A stretch of 64,000 nucleotides of DNA, from positions 104,027,177 to 104,091,176 of the forward strand of contig NC_092377.1 of the NCBI RefSeq assembly GCF_030028105.1. Direction: 5' to 3'. The DNA is from Mobula birostris (lineage: Eukaryota). A program made the translations under genes and the position numbers. Positions 54,970 through 64,000 of the stretch are shown one piece after another; position 1 is the stretch's first letter; each line of letters begins with the position of its first letter. The notes below the pieces were generated by a model. The model worked only from the letters and a program-made list of their open reading frames with translations. It had not been told where the DNA came from and searched no databases.

Positions 54970-55502
54970 TGATGATAATGATGATGATGGCGTTGAGACT
55001 AGTGTGTGATTTGGATTTAAGTGAGGAAGAGTTGCGCAGCGTCAGCCTCACTCTCTCTTCCCAATTCCCATCTGGATCCAGTGGCGAGAGAAGAGTTGAG
55101 ACGGCTGGAGATGGGACTAGGTGCAGTGGATGACTAGGGCATCTTCTGTGTCCTGTCCTGCTCTACGCGTTCCACGACATTTCCAGAGACCGGCTTCTTG
55201 ACTGTTGGACCTTCCATTGGTCTCGTCCACTCAGTCCGCCAGAGTCTGTCTTCACATGCTGGGATAGACAAATCCCTATCTCATGGAGGGTTTGAGACCC
55301 GTCGGCTACCCTCACCTGGTTTAGCCGGCTTGTTGAAGCCGTTGCCCGGGGTGTGGCCGCTGTCGCATGCAAACAGCTACAGGGAGCCACAAGTGAGAGC
55401 TGAGTGCCAGGTGGAGACCAAAGGTGGACAAACCACCCTGAAAAGGATGCGACATGTTCCCCCACCAGAGGTGCTACCGCCCCTCGACACCCCATACACC
55501 CC
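54970..55502 (-). mobile_element. Non-coding SINE-like retroposon, probably RTE-derived, with (CAT)n tail
   Basis: TSD (c)attacag at 54962-54969 and 55502-55509, inside a CR1 AITE codon run; no ORF or Pol III boxes. The RTE 5'-UTR origin is from remembered family resemblance, not a search. Confidence 0.8.
55309..55502 (-). ncRNA. Predicted HDV-like self-cleaving ribozyme at the 5' end of the retroposon
   Basis: P1 GGGGUGU/ACACCCC, P2 CUCUCACUUG/CAGGUGAGGG, P3 GGC/GCC, L3 starting UCC, J1/4 GG, P4 CGGCUU/AAGCCG and J4/2 CUAA, in the canonical nested double-pseudoknot order. Confidence 0.75.
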
Positions 55503-55871
55503 ATTACAGAACACGTTTAAGGAAGGGGCAGGACTGGAGCTCAATGTTCCAGGGTACAGAAGCTACAGGCAGGTTGGAGAAGGAGGTAAGAGAGGAGGGG
55601 GAGTTGTGCTTTTAAAAGGGGAGAACATCACGATGGTACTTAGAGAGGATATTCCTGTGGGATTGTCCAGTGAGACTATATGGGAGGAACGTAGACGTGA
55701 GATGAGGATGATCACCTTGAGTACCATCTGCCTTCCGAACCACTTGATGCAGAACCACAATGTCATCATCGGATTTCCTTCCACTGTATCTGTGTCATCA
55801 GCAGACTTGGACATCTCACATCTCGTTCCCTCCTCATGGTCATTAAACAGTGAACAACTGTGGCCAAGAGC

Positions 55872-58800
55872 CGATCACAAGATCACAAGACAAAGGAGCA
55901 GAAGTAGGCCATTCGGCCCATCAAGTCTGCTCCGCTACTCCACCATGAGCTAAACTATTCTCCCATCTAATTCCAATTTCTGGCTTTTTCCCCATATCCC
56001 TTGATACCCTAACTGATTAGATACCTATCAATCTCCTCCTTGAACACCTTCAATGATCCGGTCTCCACAGCTGTATGTGGCAACAAATTCCATAAGTCCA
56101 CGATCCTCTGGCTAAAAAAAAATTCTCCTCATCTCTGTTTTAAATGGGTACCCTCTAATTCTAAGACTATGGCCGCTTGTCCTGGACTCACCCACCAAGG
56201 GAAACAGCCTTTCTATATCTACTCTGTCCAACCCTTTCAACATTCGAAATGTTTCTATGAGATCCCCTCTCATTCTTCTATACTCTAATGAATACAGTCC
56301 AAGAGCTGACAAACGCTCCTCATATGTTAGCCCCTGCATTCATCCTTGTAAATCTTCTCTGAACTCTCTCCAACATCAGTACATCCTTTCTAAGATAGGG
56401 GGCCCAAAACTGCACACAGTATTCCAAATGAGGTCTCACTAATGCCCCATAGAGCCTCATCAACACCTCCTTACTCTTATACACTATTCCTCTTGAAATG
56501 AATGCCAACATAGCATTCGCTTTCCTTACTGCCGATCCAACCTGGTGGTTAACCTTTACGGTATCCTGCACGAGGACCCCCAAGTCCCTTTGCACTTCTG
56601 ATTTTTGAATTTTCTCCCTATCTAAATAATAATCTGCCCAATTATTTCTTCTTCCAAAATGTACAACTGTACATTTCTCAACATTGTATCTCATCTGCCA
56701 TTTATTTGCCCACTCTCCTAAACTGACCAAGTCTCTCTGCAACCTTTCCGTTTCTTCAACACTTCCTGCTCCTCCACCTATCTTGGTGTTATCCACAAAC
56801 TGAGCCACAAAACCATTTAATCCATAATCTAAATCATCGATATACATTGTAAAAAGAAGCGGCCCCAACACCGACCCCTGCGGAACACCACTAGTAACCA
56901 ACAATCAATCAGATTAGGATCCCTTTATTCCCACCCTTTGCTTTCTGCCTATCAGCCAATGCTCCACCCATTCCAATATCTTTCCTGTAATTCCATGGGC
57001 TCTCATCTTATGCGGCACCTTATCGAAGGCCTTTTGAAAGTCCAAATACACAACATCCACAGCCTCTCCCTTGTCAATCTTATTTGAGATTACCTCAAAA
57101 AATTCCAATAGGTCGGTGAGGCAGGATCTTCCCTTCATGAAACCATGCTGGCTTGGGCCTATCTTGTCATGCATCTGGAGGTATTTCATAATCTCGTCCT
57201 TGAGGATCGACTCCAATAACTTTCCAACTACCGATATCAGACTAATAGGTCTGTAATTTTCTTTTCGCTGCCTCCCTCCTTTCTTAAACAGCGGAACTAC
57301 GTTTGCAACCTTCCAGTTCTCCGGAACCATGCCAGAGTCAATTGATTCCCGGAAGATCATTTCCAATGCCTCCACGATCTCCAAAGCCGCCTCCTTCAGA
57401 ACCCGTGAGTGCACCTCATCCAGTCCAGGAGACTTACCTATTCCTAGTCCATTTAGATTCCCAAGCACTTTCTCTCTAGTAATCTTGACTGTACCTAATT
57501 CTATTCCCTGAGACCTCTGGCTATCAGGTATGTTGCTAATGTCTTCCAATGTGAAGACTGATGCAAAATACTCATTTAGTTCCTCTGCCATCTCTTTGTT
57601 ACCCATTATAATTTCTCCAGCACCATTTTCAATTGGTCCTATGTCCTGTGTCACTCTTTTACTCTCCATATATTTTAAAAAACTCTTAGTATCCTTTTTT
57701 ATGTTAATTGCCAACTTCCTTTTATAATTCATCTTTTCTTTCCTAATGACTTTCTTAGTTTCCTTCTGTAAGTTTTTAAAAGTCATCCAGTCCTCAATTT
57801 TCCCACTAATTTTTGCTTCCTTGTACGCCATCTCTTTTGCTTTTATTTTAGCCTTAACCTCTCTCGTTAGCCACATTTGTGCCATTTTTCCATTCATGAT
57901 TTTCTTTTTTCTTGGAATATATTTTTCCTGCCCTTTCCTTATTTCTTGTAGGAATTTCATCCAATTCTGCTCTGCCATCCCTCCATTTAGTTTACTTTTC
58001 CAATCGACTTGGGCCAGTTCCTCTCTCATACCACTGTAATTTCCCCTGTTCCACTGAAATATCGATACACCTGATCCCAGCTTCTCCTTTTCAAATTTGA
58101 AACTGAACTCAATCATATTATGATCACTACTTCCAAGAGGTTCCATTACCTCCAGCTCCCTAATCGCCTCAGGTTCGTTACACAGCACCCAATCCAAAAC
58201 AGCCGGTCCCCTGGTGTGCTTATGGACAAGCTACTCCAAAAAGCCATCCTGTAGGCATTCTACAAACTCCCTCTCCTGAGGTACAATACCTTCCTGACTT
58301 TCCCAATTAACTTTCACATTAAAATCCCCCATAATTATTTTCCTTCTGACACGCTTTTTCTATTTCCAGCTGCAATTTGTAGTCCACATCCCGGCTGCTG
58401 TTTGGAGGCCTGTATATAACTGCTATTAGTGTCTTTTTACCCCGGCCATTTCTTAATTCTACCCATAAGGATTCTACCTCTTCTGATCCTATGTCCCTTC
58501 TTTCTAGTGATTTGATATCGTTACTTACCATCAGGGCCACGCCACCCCCTTTACCTACCTTATCTTTCCTATACACTGTGTATCCTGGGATATTCAGCTC
58601 CCAATCACATCCACCATTTAGCCATGACTCGGTGATGGCCACAATGTCATATCTTTTAGCCTGTAGCTATACAACAAGGTCATCCAATTTATTTCTAATG
58701 CTATGTACATTTAAGTACAGTACATTTAGATCAGTATCTGTTACTGATTTTGCTATATTTGGTGAAAGAGGCAGGAGGAGAAGATGGCAGCGCGACGCAG

Positions 58801-60080
58801 CTCACAGCAGCCGCTCCGATGGTGATATCTGTTATCTGTCAAGTAGGAGCCATGCGCAATCCCGATTTGATGGAGACAGATGTGAGAGAATGGAGGAACA
58901 TCTGGTGAAACTTCTGAAATGCCTGTTTTGCTGCCGCTGCTACTGTGTGATCCAGAATCTCTGGAGGGGAAGGCCCTGAGTCCTCGGCTTTGCTTGTTGT
59001 TCAGCGGCCGGGGCGGGGTCGAAGTGCTCGGCAGAGGATGGTGCTCGGTGTCGGAGGGCTGGTGGGAGGCTCAAGGTTTTTGGACAGACTCAGAGTCGGC
59101 TGCAGTCGGGTGCTTCCAATGCATCGGCAAGTTTGCGGCGCTGGAGGCTCATGGCAGGGAGAGTTTCTCCCTTCTACCATCTGCGTGAGATGATGGGGCT
59201 ATTGGAACTTTGAGACTTTTTTTTACCATGCCCATGGTCTGCTCTTTATCAAATTACGGTATTGCTTTGCACTGTTGTAACTATATGTTATAATTATGTG
59301 GTTGTGTCAGTTTTAGTCTTGGTTTGTCCTGTGTTCTTGTGATATCATTCTGGAGGAAAGCTTGTATCATTTTTAATACACGCATTTCTAAATGAGAAGA
59401 AATGAGGGCTGAGTCTCCTCATAAGCTAATCTAATCTATATGTCCTTTTTGTCATCTTTAATGCACAGTATCTTTGACTTATTTCTATTTTCCTCTTCCT
59501 TGACCCTAACACCCTGGTTTCCTTCCAACTGCCAACTTAGTTTAAACCCTCCCTAACAGCTATATTAAACAATCCCGCCAGGATATTAGTACCCTTTGAG
59601 TTCAGGTGTAACCAATCGTTTTTGTATAAGTTATACCTCCCCCAAAATAAGATCCCAATGATTCAAGAATTTGAAGCCCTGCCCCCTGCACCAGTTACTT
59701 AGCCACACATTCATCTGCTTCATTCTGCTATTCTTATCTTCATTAGCGTGCAGCTCAGGCAGCAATCCTGAGATTATTACTCTGGAGGTCCGGCTTTTCA
59801 ATTTTGTTCCCAGCTCACAGTAATCTTCCTTAAGGACCTGCTCTCTTTTTCTGTCTATGTCATTGGTACCAACATGTACCAAGACTTCTGGCTGCTCGCC
59901 CTCTCTCCTCAGAATATTCTGGACCTGATCTGAGACATCCCGTACCCTGCACCAGGGAGGCAACACACTATCCGAGTATCCTTGTCCGGCTCGCAGAATC
60001 TCTTGTCTGTTCCCCTCACTACGGAATCCCTGATAACTACTGCATTTCTCCTTGCTCTAGGGTTCTCCAAAAGTTACCTC
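55872..60080 (-). mobile_element. Near full-length CR1 LINE (ORF1 SGNH esterase, APE, RT, 3' UTR)
   Basis: ORF1 VHVGTND..IISGLLP (59631-59966), APE (58319-58642), long RT ORFs 56914-58197 and 56320-56904, and a (CTTGTGAT)n tail. Confidence 0.92.
58759..59435 (+). mobile_element. Non-autonomous non-coding retroposon with (AATCT)n tail
   Basis: Probable TSD ctatat at 58753-58758 and 59436-59441; 5' AAGATGGC motif; second, partial copy at 60241-60540. Confidence 0.75.
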
Positions 60081-60240
60081 CTTCCAGTCTGAAATTGACC
60101 CACTGTTTCCAGCCACTCACAAAACACCGGGTTGTCATTCTCGAACGAGAAAGCTCAATCACCTAATCCTGAAGTTGAATGGCATTGCTAACTCTGAGTT
60201 TACCACTGTCAAATGTCAAGAGGGTAAAGATAATCCTCTT

Positions 60241-60540
60241 GGAAGGCGGGAGGAGAAGATGGCGGCGCAACGCAGCTCGCAGCAGCCACTCCGGTGGTGA
60301 TGTCAGTTATTTGTCAAGTAGGGTGCCATGCAGAATCCTGATTTGATGGAGACGGATGTGAGAATGGAGGAACATCTGGTGAAACTTCTGAAATGCCCGC
60401 TTCGCTGCTGCTGCTACTGTGTGGTCCAGAATCTCCGGAGTGGAAGGCCCCGAGTCCTTGGCTTTGCTTGTTGCTTGGAGGCCGGGGCGGGGTCGAAGCA
60501 CTCGGGAAAGGATGATACTCGGAGAGGCTGTGTCGGAGGG
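60241..60540 (+). mobile_element. Second, 3'-truncated copy of the same non-autonomous element
   Basis: Co-linear with 58765-59060; begins GGAGAAGATGGCGGCG. Confidence 0.8.
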
Positions 60541-60544
60541 CAGA

Positions 60545-61060
60545 ATGTCAGTCTGTAGCCTCCTCTTGTGCCCAGATGAGGCCACCTCAGGGTGGACGAA
60601 CAACAACTTATATTCCATCTGAGTAGTCTGATGGCATGAATATCGATTTCTCCATCAAATAGATTTTTCCCCTTCCCCTCCCCTTCTCTCCTCTATTTCC
60701 CACTCTGGTGTTTTACCTCTTTTCACCTGCCTATCCTTTTCTGCTGGGTCCCCTCCTCTTTCTTTTCTGCAATGGTCCACTCTCCTTTCCTATCAGATTC
60801 CTTCTTCTTCAGCTCTTTATCTTTCCCACCCACCTGCCTTCACCTTCACATTCCAGCTAGCGTCCTTCTCTTCGCGCCCCCCCCCCCCGCACGACCTTTT
60901 TATTCTGGGATCTTCCCTCTTCATATTCAGTCCTGAAGAATGGTCTTGACCTGAAACATCGACTGTTTATTCATTTCTAAAGATGCTGCCTGGCCTGCTG
61001 AGTTCCTCCAGCATTTTGTGTGTATTGTTTTGGATTTCCAGTGTCTGCAGACTTTCTTGT
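60545..61060 (+). mobile_element. Penelope-like 3' fragment with a minimal hammerhead remnant (60928-60965)
   Basis: EQQLIFHLSSL..GMNIDFS remnant; CAGTC-CTGAAGA-atGGTCttGACCt-GAAAC-ATC-GACTG. Confidence 0.75.
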
Positions 61061-61079
61061 GTTCACTTGTGTTAAATGT

Positions 61080-61490
61080 TTAACCATCACATTGGCTGAA
61101 TTCAGTTACAAGTTCACAAAGGACTGTTAATGTCAGATTCTGTAGATGTTGTGGCTGTTCATCACACCGAGGACAGACCCCTGATCACTGAGCGTTGGAG
61201 GGGTTTGTTCTGCTGTTGCTGGCCTTAAGTTAGACTGGTGTTTAATATTGTGGATCTGTGACAAATAAATCTGTCCTATTTCAAATCCTGTGTTTTGGGT
61301 GCTTCCTGTCTCTTGCCCAATGTACAGTAGAGAGGCCACTCAGTCCAACTGGTCCCTGCCTGTGTTTCTGTTCCATATCAGTCCTTTTACATCCATCCCT
61401 GCTGTTCACCTCTCGATCTCCCTGTGATGACAGGGTGCAACTGGTCAGCACTCTGTGGGTGAAGAAATTTCCCTTGAATTTGCTGCATGA
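61080..61490 (+). repeat. Orphan paralog of the zinc-finger gene 3' flank (22800-23215)
   Basis: Shared co-linear blocks: tgtcagattctg, gctgttcatcacacc, ccctgatcact, aatattgtggatctgt, caatgtacagtag. Confidence 0.8.
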
Positions 61491-61529
61491 CTTTCTGCAG
61501 ACTGAGAAGGATGATGGGCTCACTGTGGA

Positions 61530-64000
61530 ATTCTGAATTGCCATGAGTAAAGACCCAGCGCCATCAAACGCTGCTCATATGATAAGCCTGCATACATTTT
61601 CATGAACTTCCTTAGAACCCTCTTCAAGGTCAGCACGTCTGTTCTTAGATAGAGAGCCCCAGACTGCTCACAATCCTGCAAAGGAGGCCTCACCAATGTC
61701 TTATAAAGCCTCAACATTACATCCTTTGTTTTGTATTCTAGTCCTCTTCAAATGAATGCTAACATGCCATTTCCCTTCCTCACCACCGACTCAACCTACA
61801 AACTAACCTTCAGAGAACCCTGCACAATGATTCCCAAATCCCTTTGCACCTCAGGCTTTTGAATTTTTTCACCATTTAGAACATAATCTATGGTTTTATT
61901 TATTTTACTAAAGTGCATGATCATACACTTCACAACACTATCTACCATTTTTATTCTGTCTGAGTCCTTCTGTAGACTCTCTGCTTCCTCAACACTAACT
62001 GCCTCTCCACCTGTCTTTGTATTGTCCATAAACTTGGCCACAAAGCCATCAATTCCAACATATCATATCATTGACAGACAGCATAAAAAGAAGTGGTTCC
62101 AACACAGACCTGTGGAACACAGCTAGTAACCTGCTGTCACCCAGAAACAGGTCTCTTTAATCCCACCCTTTACCTCCTGTCAGTCAGTTAATACTCTGTC
62201 TTTTCTGTAATACCATCGGCTCTTAATTTGTTAAGTACCCTCATGTGTGGCACCTTGCCAAAGGCCCTCTGAAAATCCAAGTACACAACACCCACTGATT
62301 CTCCTTTGTCTATCCTGCTTGTTATTTCTTCAGAATTCAACAAACTTGTCAGGCAAGATTTTCCCTTAAGGAAACCATGCTGACTTCAGCATATTTTATC
62401 AAGTACCTTCAAGTACCCCGAGACTACATCCTTAACAATCGACTCCAACATCTTCCTATTACTGAGCTCAGACTGTGTGTGTGTGTCCAAAGGTAGTCAT
62501 AACTGAAGGGTGGTAGTGGGGACCAGCTCCCACTGCTAAACAAATGCTCTTCATGGCGTGCATCTCAAACAGCCCCTGACAACCAAGTCCAACTCCTGGC
62601 CTTCACATGTGGCACAGTTCTTATGCCCGGCGGAGCTGTTCTCACTGACAGGAGAAGGGGCAAAGGCGGGCCTCTGGCACCTTAAAACCAGTTGCTCCGG
62701 GCAGATGGGGCTCGTTAACCATGGATGGTAGCTCATCTAGGAGAGGGAAACTCTGATTTCAAACCTCCGCTGCCTTGCAGCTATACCCACTCACGGGAAG
62801 GACTTTGGGAGTAAACCTTGAGGAAAAATACGGAGTCAGAGTCCCGAAGGCGGCTGACTACTGTACTTAGCACCAGCACGGCAACTCCTGTGATGCTGCT
62901 GGCACCAAACTGTACCGACTTTCGTCGTTCCTTTGGACCTGTCATCAGCATGGAGAGGGGGGTCCCACTGCATGGGCAATAGACGGATCTCCATATCAAC
63001 TCTGCCCTGGCTTGCGCCCTGGAGAGGCCACTGCCAGTGACTACCAGAGGCGCAGTACCCATGGTCGACCATGACTGACAGAGGCCACACACACACACAT
63101 CCCTCCTTTCTTGAAGAGTGGAGTGATATTTGCAATTTCCTATTCCTCCAGAACCACCCCAGAATCCATTGATTCTTCCAAGATCATCATTAATCCCTCC
63201 ACAATCTCTTCAGAAATCTCTTCCAGAACCCTGAGGTGGAGACCATTTGGTCCAGGTAACTTCCAGTCCATTCAGTTTCCCAAGCACATTCTCCCTACTA
63301 ATGGCAACTTCACTCACTTCTGACTCCTGACACTCTTGAAATTCCAGCATACTGCTCGTGTCTTCCACAGTGAAGAATGCTGCAATATACTTATTCATTT
63401 CTTCTGCCATTTCCAGCATTGTTTGACAGCAGTTCGATATCTACTCTCACCTCTCTTTTACACTTTATTTATCAGAAGAAACTTTTGGTATCCTCTTCAA
63501 TATTATTGGCTAGCTTACTTTCCTATTCCATCTTTCTCTTATTTACGGCTTTTTTAGTTGCCTTATGTTGATTTTTTAAAAATTCATAATCCTCTAACTT
63601 CTCACTAATTCTTGCTCTATTATATGTCCTCCCCTTGGCTTTGACTTCTCTCATCAACCACGGTTGGATCACCCCGCCTTTAGAATAGTTCTTCTTCTTT
63701 GGCATATATCTACCCTGCTCCTTTTGAATTCCTCCAAGAAACTCCAGCCATTCCTGCTCAGTCGACATCACCCCTACTAGTGTTTCCTTCCAATCTATTT
63801 TGGTCAGCTCCCCTCTCATGCCTCCGTAGCACCCTTCAATCCACTGTTAGCCTGATACACCTGCCTTTAGCTTCTCCTTCTCAAACTGCAGGTGAATTCT
63901 ATCATATTTTATTCACTGGCTCCTTGGGGTTCCTTTACCTTAAGCTCTCCGATCAATTCCAGTTCATTGCACAACTCTCAATCCAAAACAACTTATCCCC
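61530..64000 (-). mobile_element. Degenerate CR1 LINE running off the window, hosting an insertion at 62474-63100
   Basis: LRLYKTLVRP, KFMDNTK and FFTVEDTSS remnants. Confidence 0.85.
62474..63100 (+). mobile_element. Second non-coding, probably RTE-derived retroposon bounded by (TG)n and (CA)n
   Basis: Interrupts CR1 ORF2; no credible ORF; (CA)n tail at 63086-63099. Resemblance to RTE/BovB-type 5' UTRs is from memory. Confidence 0.7.

Noticed and set aside
55198-55953. 251-aa ORF
   Set aside because: A chance fusion of antisense SINE sequence and CR1 endonuclease remnants.

Overview
Vertebrate genomic DNA, probably a cartilaginous fish (inferred from the CR1/Penelope/Rex1/Hero repeat mix and the H1 sequence style). 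It holds a dispersed, partly decaying replication-dependent histone cluster buried in nested transposons. Intact genes: two H2A genes encoding an identical, unusual N-tail variant, two H3.2 genes (one crossing a 129-N gap) and one H4, all with stem-loop plus HDE 3' ends. H1 and H2B occur only as pseudogenes, and a decayed C2H2 zinc-finger exon lies between the histone genes. The cluster was built by a direct duplication (H2A) and an inverted duplication (H3/H4, with H4 deleted from one arm). Mobile elements include Gypsy, a nearly intact Hero non-LTR element, a Nimb/I-clade LINE with RNase H, many CR1 and Rex1 copies, RTE-X, Penelope fragments and a full-length hAT/Charlie transposon. The most interesting feature is a ~530-bp non-coding retroposon (54970-55502, minus strand). 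Its 5' end folds by eye into a complete HDV-like self-cleaving ribozyme, and the predicted cleavage site coincides with the element boundary. All alignments and folds were done by eye, and repeat boundaries are approximate unless a TSD is quoted.
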